A stretch of 64,000 nucleotides of DNA, from assembly GCA_031280825.1 (NCBI GenBank), contig JAITGE010000011.1, forward strand, positions 115 through 64,114, read 5' to 3'. A model generated the notes under the pieces. That model was not told the DNA's origin, made no database searches, and saw only the letters and a program-made list of their open reading frames with translations. The position numbers were made by a program, and so were the translations under genes. This DNA comes from Oscillospiraceae bacterium. Its GTDB lineage: Bacteria > Bacillota > Clostridia > Oscillospirales > Acutalibacteraceae. Below are positions 35,294 through 44,081 of this stretch, piece by piece. How positions within the stretch are numbered: the stretch's first letter is position 1; every line of letters starts with the position of its first letter.

Positions 35294-37261
35294 TTACGAC
35301 TCCATTACCATTGGCACAATGATGGGGCTGCGCTTTGTGCGTTCATACATCAGGCGCGAAATATCCTCGCGCAGCCGCCCCCGCGCCTGGTTCCAATCCC
35401 GCAGACTGTAGCGCCCATGCGTTTCCTCCAGCGCCCGGATGGCGCGCTCCTTCGCCTCGAGCATTAAATCCTCAGATTCCTTCACATACACGAAGCCCTT
35501 GGAAATAATCTCGGGACCTGTCAAAATCCGCCCGGTTTCACGCTCCACCGTCGCCGCAACGATGATGATGCCATCCTGCGCCAAGTGCTTACGATCGCGC
35601 AGAACGGTTGAGCCGACATCGCCCACGCCATAGCCATCGACAAATACAGGTCCGGCTTGCACAGGCTCGCCCACACGCATTTCCGCGTTCGACAGCTCCA
35701 GGCAAACGCCGTTATCGGCGATCATGATATTGTGCGGGTTAATGCCCATGCTCTGCGCCAACCCGGCGTGCTTGGCCAGATGCTTCTGCTCACCGTGCAC
35801 GGGGATGAAGTACTTCGGGCGCACCAGTCCCAGCATAAGCTTCAATTCCTCCTGGCAGGCGTGCCCGGAAACATGCACATCATACATAGATTCATAGACC
35901 ACCTGCGCCCCCAGCTTCAGCAACTCGTTGATCACCTTGCCAACCGCCTTTTCGTTGCCGGGGATAGGTGTGGCCGAAATAAAGATGCAATCCTGCGGTC
36001 CGATTTCCACCTTGCGGTGGTCGGAAAGCGACATGCGCGTCAACGCGCTCATCGGCTCGCCCTGGCTGCCCGTGGTAATGATCACCAGCTGCTCCGGCGT
36101 ATAACGCTGAATCATATCAACACTGATCAGCAGTCCCTCCGGCACACGAAGATAACCCAGCTCCATGCCGACATTCACAACATTTTCGAGGCTGCGCCCC
36201 AGCAGCGCCACCTTACGCCCCAATGCTTGCGCAACATCCATAATCTGCTGCACGCGGTGCACGTTGGAAGAAAACGTCGCCACCAAAATACGCCGGTCGC
36301 CCGCACGACGGAACAAGCTGCCGAAGCTCTCGCCTACCTTGCTCTCGCTCATGGTGTAACCCGGGCGTTCGGCATTCGTGGAATCCGAAAGCAGCGCCAG
36401 CACGCCCTTTTTGCCATAATGCGCAAATCGCGCGAGATCAATCATACCGCCGTCAATCGGCGTGGTGTCGATCTTAAAATCACCGGTTTGGATGACCGTC
36501 CCCGCACCGCAGGTGATAGCGTAGCCCAGCGCGTCCGGAATGGAATGGTTCACATGAATCGCTTCCACCTGAAAGCCGCCAAGCGTTATCAAATCCCCGG
36601 GCTTGACCTCATGCAGCTTTGCCTTTTCCAGCAGCCGGTGCTCACGCAATTTACCGCGAATCAGCCCCAGGGTAAGCTTCGTGCCATAAATCGGCACATT
36701 GATACGCTTGAGCAAATACGGAAGCGCGCCGATATGATCCTCATGCCCATGCGTGATGACCACGCCCTTAATACTGGCGTAGTTCTCCTCCAAAAACGTG
36801 AAATCGGGGATGACCAGATCCACGCCGGGCATGTCTTGATCCGGGAATGCCAGCCCGCAATCCACCGCTATGCGTTCACCGCGGTATTCGTATACCGTCA
36901 AGTTTTTGCCAACCTCATTCAACCCGCCAAGAAAACATATCCGCAGGGGATCAGGTCCCCCGCTGCGGGGAGACTTGCCGCGCCGCGCCGGCTGCTGCTG
37001 CCGGATTTGCTGCGCCGCCTGCATCTTTTGCGCGGCCACAGTCGCCGCGGAAGGCAAAGCTGCCGGCGCGGGCGGCTTCGGGACTTCCGCCCGCACAGCA
37101 GGCTGCTGCTGCGCAACCCTTGCCGGTCTGCCGCGCTTTTTCTGCTGCTGCTGCGGTTTCTCCGTGCCCACAGCGCCGCTCCGCTCGCCTTTCTGCAAAA
37201 CGTAAGGCTTTTTGCCCCGGACAGACGCATCCAGAACCACTTTTTTTTCTTTTTCACTCAT
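35294..37261 (-). CDS. rnj: Ribonuclease J
   Basis: 655 aa. MBL/beta-CASP core (FLGGLNEVGKN, HGHEDHIGALPYL, VSGHACQEEL) preceded by a ~100-aa low-complexity extension. Confidence 0.9.
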   Translation of the reverse strand: MSEKEKKVVLDASVRGKKPYVLQKGERSGAVGTEKPQQQQKKRGRPARVAQQQPAVRAEVPKPPAPAALPSAATVAAQKMQAAQQIRQQQPARRGKSPRSGGPDPLRICFLGGLNEVGKNLTVYEYRGERIAVDCGLAFPDQDMPGVDLVIPDFTFLEENYASIKGVVITHGHEDHIGALPYLLKRINVPIYGTKLTLGLIRGKLREHRLLEKAKLHEVKPGDLITLGGFQVEAIHVNHSIPDALGYAITCGAGTVIQTGDFKIDTTPIDGGMIDLARFAHYGKKGVLALLSDSTNAERPGYTMSESKVGESFGSLFRRAGDRRILVATFSSNVHRVQQIMDVAQALGRKVALLGRSLENVVNVGMELGYLRVPEGLLISVDMIQRYTPEQLVIITTGSQGEPMSALTRMSLSDHRKVEIGPQDCIFISATPIPGNEKAVGKVINELLKLGAQVVYESMYDVHVSGHACQEELKLMLGLVRPKYFIPVHGEQKHLAKHAGLAQSMGINPHNIMIADNGVCLELSNAEMRVGEPVQAGPVFVDGYGVGDVGSTVLRDRKHLAQDGIIIVAATVERETGRILTGPEIISKGFVYVKESEDLMLEAKERAIRALEETHGRYSLRDWNQARGRLREDISRLMYERTKRSPIIVPMVMES

Positions 37262-37395
37262 GCAACTAAAATGCTCCTTACTGACGCCCGCGCCCTTTCC
37301 CCGCAGGGAGGGCGCAGAGCTTTATGAATTATGTGCCGTTTCGGTATTCGACCGGAATCTATATCATGGAAGTCTGTTCACTTCCATTACATACT

Positions 37396-37433
37396 AAAAA
37401 AGCGTCTATATTATACCCCGAAAAAAAGCGTCT
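37396..37433. repeat. 12-nt direct repeat AAAAAAGCGTCT x2 bracketing the rnj -10 box
   Basis: Copies at 37396..37407 and 37422..37433, with starts 26 bp apart. Confidence 0.85.
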
Positions 37434-37438
37434 GTCAA
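37410..37438 (-). promoter_or_regulatory. Consensus sigma-A promoter of rnj
   Basis: Minus strand: TTGACA, 17 nt, TATAAT. Implies a ~140-nt 5' UTR. Confidence 0.7.
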
Positions 37439-37476
37439 GAAATTTTCAAAACATGGCTACTTTCTGCAAAGAGCAC

Positions 37477-37505
37477 TTGACAAGCCACGAAAAAAATAGT
37501 ATAAT
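37477..37505 (+). promoter_or_regulatory. Consensus sigma-A promoter of phoH-ybeY
   Basis: TTGACA, 17 nt, TATAAT, about 50 nt upstream of the phoH ATG. Confidence 0.7.
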
Positions 37506-37557
37506 CCAACAAAAATCAATTTGATTTCTGTAACAAATGTCAATTTACGGAGGTTGC

Positions 37558-38535
37558 ATGACTGCAGAGCAGGTTCTTCAGATCGATCGCATGGAGCAGG
37601 CCGTTCGCTTGTTCGGGAATTTTGATGAAAATATCCGCGTGATCGAAAACGAATTCCGCGTCAAGGTGATTTGCCGCGGAACGGAGGTCAAGGTATCCGG
37701 GGACGTAGAAAACACCGCGCTGGCGGTGCGGGGAATCAACGGCTTGCTCACGCTCATCAACAAAGGCGAGGAGCTGACGGAGCAGGCAGTACGCTATGTC
37801 ATCACCATGGTGCGCGAGGATGGGGGCGAGGCGGAAGAAAAGCTTGCTGCCATGACCGCCGATTGCGTTTGCATGACCGCGCGCGGCAAGCCGGTGAAGC
37901 CGAAAACGCTTGGCCAAAAGAAATATGTCGAAGCCATACGCGGCAATACCGTCACCTTGGGCGTGGGACCTGCCGGCACAGGCAAAACGTATTTGGCGGT
38001 CGCCATGGCGGTCACCGCCTTCCGCGCAAAAGAAATCAACCGCATCATTCTGACGCGCCCGGCGGTGGAGGCCGGCGAAAAGCTGGGCTTCTTGCCGGGG
38101 GATTTACAGCAAAAGGTCGATCCCTATCTTCGCCCGCTGTATGACGCGCTGTTTGACATGCTCGGCGCGGAGAGCTTCCAGAAGCAGCAGGAGCGCGGCG
38201 CAATCGAAGTCGCGCCGCTGGCATATATGCGCGGGCGCACGCTGGACGACAGCTTCATTATCCTGGATGAAGCACAGAACACCAGCACGGAACAAATGAA
38301 AATGTTCCTCACCCGCCTTGGCGGCAACGCGAAAATGGTCGTCACAGGCGACATTACACAAATTGATTTGCCTGACGGCAAGCTCTCAGGGCTGGTGAAC
38401 GCCGCAAAGGTGCTCAAAAACATCGAAGACATCGCCATCGTGAAATTCAGCGAAAAGGATGTTGTTCGCCACCGCTTGGTGCAAGCAATCATAAAAGCAT
38501 ATGAGAAAGAGGAGGTTCGGCGCAATGGCAAGTAA
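37558..38535 (+). CDS. phoH: PhoH-family ATPase
   Basis: 325 aa from the ATG after GGAGG. Walker A GPAGTGKTYLAVA, Walker B FIILDEAQN. Confidence 0.9.
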   Translation: MTAEQVLQIDRMEQAVRLFGNFDENIRVIENEFRVKVICRGTEVKVSGDVENTALAVRGINGLLTLINKGEELTEQAVRYVITMVREDGGEAEEKLAAMTADCVCMTARGKPVKPKTLGQKKYVEAIRGNTVTLGVGPAGTGKTYLAVAMAVTAFRAKEINRIILTRPAVEAGEKLGFLPGDLQQKVDPYLRPLYDALFDMLGAESFQKQQERGAIEVAPLAYMRGRTLDDSFIILDEAQNTSTEQMKMFLTRLGGNAKMVVTGDITQIDLPDGKLSGLVNAAKVLKNIEDIAIVKFSEKDVVRHRLVQAIIKAYEKEEVRRNGK

Positions 38536-39028
38536 GGTCAAGGTCATCATCACGGATGACCAACAGGAGATAAAAATCCCAACCGGCATCCGGATGCTGC
38601 TCCGCCGCGCCTGCACCGCCGTTTTGGTGCAGGAAAAATTTCCGGAAACCGCGGAAGTCAGCGTTCGCTTCATTGACGACATCATCATGCAAAGCCTCAA
38701 CAAAGCCCACAGGGGCATTGACGACACCACGGATGTGCTGAGCTTCCCGCTTGGGGAAAACGGGATTTTCGACAAAAACCTCAGCACCGGCGCACTGGTG
38801 CTGGGGGATATTGTGATCTCCCTCCCCCGTGCCCTGCACCAAGCGAAGCTCTACGGGCATACCCTTCAGCGGGAGCTTGCGTTTTTGACCGTGCATTCTA
38901 TGATGCATCTGCTGGGCTACCACCACGAAAGCGGCGGGCTGGAGAGTGTGCGTATGCGCGAAAAAGAAGAAGCAGTTCTTGTGAAGCTTGGGCTGCCGAG
39001 GGGACACAACTATACGCTGGAAGAATAG
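38525..39028 (+). CDS. ybeY: rRNA maturation endoribonuclease YbeY
   Basis: 167 aa. Zinc motif HSMMHLLGYHH. RBS GAGGAGG. Confidence 0.9.
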   Translation: MASKVKVIITDDQQEIKIPTGIRMLLRRACTAVLVQEKFPETAEVSVRFIDDIIMQSLNKAHRGIDDTTDVLSFPLGENGIFDKNLSTGALVLGDIVISLPRALHQAKLYGHTLQRELAFLTVHSMMHLLGYHHESGGLESVRMREKEEAVLVKLGLPRGHNYTLEE

Positions 39029-39040
39029 GCGCGCTGACTG

Positions 39041-40879
39041 TCACGCGGATTCATCGTGAAAGGCTGCCCACACCTGCCTGGCCGCTTTTGTGTTCATCCC
39101 TTTCACCTTTGATAAGTCCTCCACAGTCGCCGCGCGGATTGCCTTCATAGTCTTGAACTGCTGCAAAAGCACGCGCGCGCGCGCTTCGCCAATGCCGGGG
39201 ATCTCCGTCAGAGAGGACGTCAGCCCGCGTGCCCGGTGTTTTGTGTGGTGATACGCCACAGCAAAACGATGCACCTCATCTTGGATCGCCGTAACCAGAG
39301 CGAAGGCTCTGCGCGTAGCGTTGAAAGCGATCTCACCGCCCGAAGCCGCGATTGCCCGTGTGCGGTGCTTCCCATCTTTCACCATGCCAAAAAGCGGAAT
39401 CTCCAAGCCGAACGCGCGCAAAACAGGCTCGACCGCGTGCACCTGCCCAACGCCGCCGTCAAGCAAAATCAAATCCGGCAGCCGCCCGAAGCCTTCGCCC
39501 GCATCCCGCTGCTCCTGCCACCGTGCAAGGCGGCGGCGCAGCACCTCCGCCATGGAAGCGTAATCGTCCTGCCCGGTGAACCCCTTGATAGAAAACCGCT
39601 TATATGCTGACCGCAATGGTTCCCCGCCTTTGAAAACAACCATACCGGCGACATTATCGCTGCCGCCTGTGTGGGAAATATCATAAGCCTCAACGTATTC
39701 CGGCGGCGCGGGCAGCCCCAGCAGCTGCGCAAGCTCCTCCAAGTCCGCGATGCTCCTGCTCTCGCGCCCCACATGGTGCGCAAGCTGTTCAACCGCGTTT
39801 TTTCGGCAAAGCTCCACTAGGCGCAGCGGCTCACCGCGCTGCGCTGTCTGCACGGCAACCGACCGCCCAGCCAGCGTTCCCAGCCACTGCGCCAGCAAAT
39901 CCATGCCGTTTGCCTCTTCGTCCAGTAGCACGCGGCGCGGCAAATCTTCGTTGCGCATAGCGTAATAGCGTTCCAGCAGCTCCTGCCGTGCTTCGGCAAA
40001 ATCCGCCGGGCGCTCCAAAAAGAAATGCTCGCTTTCAATCAGGCGCCCGCCACGGAAGCGTAGCACCATCCAGCAAGCCTGCGTTTGCTCCGCCGCAAGC
40101 GCAAACACATCCCGCTCTTCAACGGCGACGCTCACAACGTGCTGCTTTGCGCGCAAAGCTTCAATTGCCTTGATGCGATCCCGTAGCCGCGCAGCCGCTT
40201 CAAAATCCAATGCCTCCGCCGCTGCTTCCATGCGTTCACGCAGCAGGGCGACGCTTTGCGTGCCACCCCGGCGGATATATTCCACCGCGTCGGCGACGCT
40301 TTGCGCATAGACCTCGCGCGTGATCTTCTTCGCGCAAGGCGCAGAGCAAAGTTCAATAAAATACCGCAGACAGGGTCTGCTCTTGCCCACGTCGCGGGGG
40401 AAGCTCCTGCCGCAATCGGGCAGCCTGAAAACCTCGCGCACCTCTTCCATTGCAGTGTTCACAGCGTAAGCGTTTGTATATGGTCCCAAATATTCCGCGC
40501 CGTCGCCGTGCTTTTGCTTGGCGACCGAAAGGCGTGGCCAATCGCCGCTCTCCAAACGGATCCAGCGGTAACCCTTGTCGTCCTTGAGTAAAATATTATA
40601 TTTCGGCGCGTGGCGCTTAATCAGGGAACATTCCAGCACCAGCGCTTCAAACTCTGAATCCACAACAATATAGTCAAAATCCGCCACATGCGCAAGCATA
40701 GCCAATACCTTGCCGCCGTGGTTCGTTGGCGCGCCAAAGTACTGGCTGACGCGATTCTTCAGCACCTTTGCCTTGCCGATGTAGATCACGCCGCCCTTGC
40801 TGTCCTTCATAATGTAGATGCCGGGCAGCAACGGCAGCGCCATTGCTCTGGCGCGTAAAGCCGCCAAACGCGGGTTCAT
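39041..40879 (-). CDS. uvrC: Excinuclease ABC subunit C
   Basis: 612 aa from MNPRLAAL (RBS AGGGGGG). GIY-YIG motif (PGIYIMKD..VIYIGKAKVLKNRVSQYF), UVR domain, C-terminal HhH. Confidence 0.93.
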   Translation of the reverse strand: MNPRLAALRARAMALPLLPGIYIMKDSKGGVIYIGKAKVLKNRVSQYFGAPTNHGGKVLAMLAHVADFDYIVVDSEFEALVLECSLIKRHAPKYNILLKDDKGYRWIRLESGDWPRLSVAKQKHGDGAEYLGPYTNAYAVNTAMEEVREVFRLPDCGRSFPRDVGKSRPCLRYFIELCSAPCAKKITREVYAQSVADAVEYIRRGGTQSVALLRERMEAAAEALDFEAAARLRDRIKAIEALRAKQHVVSVAVEERDVFALAAEQTQACWMVLRFRGGRLIESEHFFLERPADFAEARQELLERYYAMRNEDLPRRVLLDEEANGMDLLAQWLGTLAGRSVAVQTAQRGEPLRLVELCRKNAVEQLAHHVGRESRSIADLEELAQLLGLPAPPEYVEAYDISHTGGSDNVAGMVVFKGGEPLRSAYKRFSIKGFTGQDDYASMAEVLRRRLARWQEQRDAGEGFGRLPDLILLDGGVGQVHAVEPVLRAFGLEIPLFGMVKDGKHRTRAIAASGGEIAFNATRRAFALVTAIQDEVHRFAVAYHHTKHRARGLTSSLTEIPGIGEARARVLLQQFKTMKAIRAATVEDLSKVKGMNTKAARQVWAAFHDESA

Positions 40880-40982
40880 GCCATCCCCCCTCATAGACAC
40901 GCCGAAACGCTCAAAATAAAGAAAAACCACGTCCTTCACGGGCGCAGTCTGTTCTTAACCTCCATACGGCAAAAGCACACGT

Positions 40983-41249
40983 TTATTGCTCGGCAAAGCC
41001 AGTGTTCACCAAGCCAACCAAAGCCTCAACCGCGCTTTCTTCATCCTGCCCGCCGGCAAGAATACGGATATCCGTCCCGCCAACGATGCCAAGCGAAAGC
41101 ACACCAAGTAAGCTCTTGGCGTTTACGCGGCGATCCTCGCGCTCCACCCAAATGGAAGCCTTGAACTCGTTTGCCTTCTGAATGAAAAACGTTGCCGGGC
41201 GCGCGTGCAGCCCCACATGATTTTGAACCGTTACTTCTTTTGAATACAT
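40983..41249 (-). CDS. ptsH: Phosphocarrier protein HPr
   Basis: 88 aa. His15 context GLHARPA and Ser46 context NAKSLLGVLSLG. Confidence 0.9.
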   Translation of the reverse strand: MYSKEVTVQNHVGLHARPATFFIQKANEFKASIWVEREDRRVNAKSLLGVLSLGIVGGTDIRILAGGQDEESAVEALVGLVNTGFAEQ

Positions 41250-41318
41250 ACGCTGCCTCTCTCCCACCTGAATGATAATTGCTTCGCTCAAGCGCCAAAG
41301 TGCCGTATCTACAATTTT

Positions 41319-41346
41319 ATTATACCACGTTTTCGCCAACAGTCAA
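41319..41346 (-). promoter_or_regulatory. Candidate sigma-A promoter of ptsH
   Basis: Minus strand: TTGACT, 16 nt, TATAAT, with an extended -10 TG. Confidence 0.6.
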
Positions 41347-41439
41347 CGGCTTTCGCAGAACTTCGGATAGAAAGCCAAAGAAGCGAAAGCCAAGAATTCA
41401 TTCTTTATGCAAGTTGACAGACGCACCCGGGAAAATTTC

Positions 41440-41468
41440 TTTACAAACCTGTTTCGCTGTGCTAAAAT
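41440..41468 (+). promoter_or_regulatory. Candidate sigma-A promoter of the GH116 gene
   Basis: TTTACA, 17 nt, TAAAAT, about 35 nt upstream of the ATG (RBS GGGAGG). Confidence 0.55.
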
Positions 41469-41501
41469 AGAGCATCCGAATCGGCTTTTGGGAGGTCAAG
41501 T

Positions 41502-44081
41502 ATGCAATTCCACTATGATACCGCGCACCAAAGCGAAATTTCCTTTCCGCTCGGCGGGATCGGCACGGGCTGCATCGGTCTTGCCGGCAACGGGCGGCTG
41601 GTTGACTGGGAGATCTATAACCGCCCCAGCAAAGGCAGCGAAAACGGCTACACCCACTTTGCGGTTAAATGCACGCGTGACGGCAAGCTGCTGGACGCAA
41701 GGCTTCTGCAGGGGGATCTCACCGGTTCGCTGCAAGGCAGCTTTACGCGCACAATCTGGCAGGGCGCATTCGGTTGGGGACCCGCGCAGGAAAGCATGGC
41801 AGGCTACCCGCACTTTGCGCAACTGGATTTTGAAGGTCGCTATCCATTCGCCACGCTGCGTTTTGCCGATGAGACTTTCCCCGGTAATGCGCAGCTACGC
41901 GCCTTCAACCCGTTTATTCCCTTGGACGCCGACAATTCCAGTCTCCCGGCGGCGTTTTTTGAAATCACGCTGGAAAACACAAACGACTTTGATGCGGATT
42001 ACACCGTCGCCTTTACGCTGCGCAATCCGTTTGACAGCATGACAAGGCTTGCGCAGGGCGGCATTTATTTTGATTCCAAGCAAGAAAAAAACAGCGTGAA
42101 ATACGGCAATATGACCGTGCTGACAGACGCGCGGGATGTAGATCTTCAGGAGCAATGGTTTCGCGGCGCTTGGAATGACGCGCAAACGGTCTACTGGAGG
42201 CAATTCACGCAGGAACAGCGGTTGCCCGCGCGGCGCTATGAAGACGGTGGGCGGAACGGCGACCACGCAACGCTCGCGGCGCACGCGCGTATCCCCGCGG
42301 GCGCGTCGAAGCGCTTCCGCTTTTTACTTTCATGGAGTAGCCCCAACTGCGAAAATTATTGGAGTCCCCCGCCGGAGGGGGAGCCAAACGCTTGGAAAAA
42401 CTACTACGCAACGCAATTCGCCAGTTCCCTGGAAAGCGCGGTTTATGCCCTGCAAAGCTGGGATTCCCTGCAGGCGCGCACGGAACGGTTTGCTGAAATT
42501 CTGCAGCACTCCAGTCTGCCGCCGGCCGCGCTTGAAGCGCTTGTTTCCAACCTTGCCATCCTCAAAAGCCCCACGGTGCGGCGCCTGGAGGATGGTGCGC
42601 TCTGGGGCTTTGAGGGCGTAAGCGCCACAAGCGGCATATGCCCCGGTAGCTGTACCCACGTTTGGAATTACGCCTATGCCTTTGCGTTCCTGTTCCCCGC
42701 GCTGGAGCGTTCCATGCGTTCGCTAGATTACAAATATAACCTTTGCGCCGATGGCAGGATGCCCTTCCGGCTACAGCTGCCGCTCACACGCAACCTTGGG
42801 GGCGACCACGGCGGCGGAGCCTGCGCGGACGGGCAGTTGGGCGGGGTCATCAAAACATACCGCGATTGGAAAATTTCCGGCGACGATGCGTGGCTGCGCT
42901 CCATCTGGCCGGCGGTAAAAGCCTCGCTGGAATTCGCCTGGAACGAACGGAACCGGGATTGTTGGGACCGCGACAAGGACGGTGTGCTGGAGGGTCGCCA
43001 GCATCATACCCTGGATATGGAGCTTTTTGGTCCAAACAGCTGGCTGACGGGCTTCTATCTGGGCGCGCTCAAGGCAGGCGCGGAAATGGCGGAATATTTG
43101 GGCGAGACGGAAAACGCGGTCGCATGGCGCAGGCTCTTTGAAAATGGGAAGACCTTTTGCGATGAAAAGCTCTTCAACGGGGAATATTATTGCCAGCTTG
43201 TGGATTTAAAGGATCGAGCGCAACTTGATCGCTACAACGGCTACGGACGCCACGAATGCAATGGCAGCAATATTTACGCCTCCTACTGGAACGAAGAGGC
43301 GCAGGAACTGAAATACCAAATTGCCGACGGCTGTGAAATCCAGCAGGTGATGGCGCAATGGCACGCAAATCTATGCGGGCTGGGGGAGCTTTTCGATCCG
43401 GCACAGGTAAAAACCGCGCTGCGCTCCCTCTTTCGGTATAATTTTGTGCCGCAAATGCGCAAAATCGCTAATTTTTGGCGCAACTACTGCCTGGACGATG
43501 AAGGCGGTCTGCTGATCGCCACCTGGCCGGCGGGCAAATACCGCCCCGCCGTGCCGCTGCCCTACGAAACGGAAACGCAGAACGGCTATGAATACCAAGC
43601 GCTCATTCACATGATACAGGCAGGCTTGGCGGAGGAAGGTCTGCGCGGTATCGCCGCGATCCGCGCGCGCTACGACGGCGCAAAGCGCAACCCCTGGAAC
43701 GAGTTTGAGTGCGGCGGAAACTACGCGCGTTCCATGGCATCCTACGCCCTGCTGCCGACGTTCAGCGGCTTCCAATATGATATGGTGCGCGGGCACATCG
43801 GCTTTGCCCCGGCAGACGCTCCGGAGCTGCCGCCTGTGCGGCGGTTCTTTTGGTCTTTGGATTGCGCGTGGGGCGAGGTCGTGCTGGCGGAGGACTTTGC
43901 CGAGCTGACCGTGGCGGAAGGCACGCTGACCCTGCGCAGCTTCGCCTTTCACACGCAGACACTGCGCTTCCCCGAAGCGATCACGTTGCGGAGCGAAGAA
44001 ACAAAACGATTTGACTTCCCGCGTGTTTGCGCGAAGAAAGAGAACAAACAGGAGGGACAGCAATGCGGGGAAACTATCTGA
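41502..44081 (+). CDS. Glycoside hydrolase family 116 (GBA2-type beta-glucosidase/glucosylceramidase)
   Basis: 859 aa. N-terminal FPLGGIGTGCIGLAGNGRLVDWEIYN and a catalytic-domain block (DGQLGGVIKTYRDWKISGDDAWL...WDRDKDGVLEGRQHHTLDMELFGPN). Confidence 0.8.
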   Translation: MQFHYDTAHQSEISFPLGGIGTGCIGLAGNGRLVDWEIYNRPSKGSENGYTHFAVKCTRDGKLLDARLLQGDLTGSLQGSFTRTIWQGAFGWGPAQESMAGYPHFAQLDFEGRYPFATLRFADETFPGNAQLRAFNPFIPLDADNSSLPAAFFEITLENTNDFDADYTVAFTLRNPFDSMTRLAQGGIYFDSKQEKNSVKYGNMTVLTDARDVDLQEQWFRGAWNDAQTVYWRQFTQEQRLPARRYEDGGRNGDHATLAAHARIPAGASKRFRFLLSWSSPNCENYWSPPPEGEPNAWKNYYATQFASSLESAVYALQSWDSLQARTERFAEILQHSSLPPAALEALVSNLAILKSPTVRRLEDGALWGFEGVSATSGICPGSCTHVWNYAYAFAFLFPALERSMRSLDYKYNLCADGRMPFRLQLPLTRNLGGDHGGGACADGQLGGVIKTYRDWKISGDDAWLRSIWPAVKASLEFAWNERNRDCWDRDKDGVLEGRQHHTLDMELFGPNSWLTGFYLGALKAGAEMAEYLGETENAVAWRRLFENGKTFCDEKLFNGEYYCQLVDLKDRAQLDRYNGYGRHECNGSNIYASYWNEEAQELKYQIADGCEIQQVMAQWHANLCGLGELFDPAQVKTALRSLFRYNFVPQMRKIANFWRNYCLDDEGGLLIATWPAGKYRPAVPLPYETETQNGYEYQALIHMIQAGLAEEGLRGIAAIRARYDGAKRNPWNEFECGGNYARSMASYALLPTFSGFQYDMVRGHIGFAPADAPELPPVRRFFWSLDCAWGEVVLAEDFAELTVAEGTLTLRSFAFHTQTLRFPEAITLRSEETKRFDFPRVCAKKENKQEGQQCGETI

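Noticed and set aside
35657-37327. 556-aa plus-strand ORF. The same type occurs at 14485..15669, 34257..35411, 43371..44093, 46675..47907, 47956..48807, 54678..55733, 61317..62246 and 62783..63586.
   Set aside because: All lie antisense to genes with unmistakable conserved motifs (rnj, the FtsX permease, gdpP-like, GH116, tgt, yajC, folC, the aminotransferase, the SDR). Their translations are Arg/Ala/Pro/Ser-rich low-complexity strings, typical of open antisense frames in GC-rich DNA.
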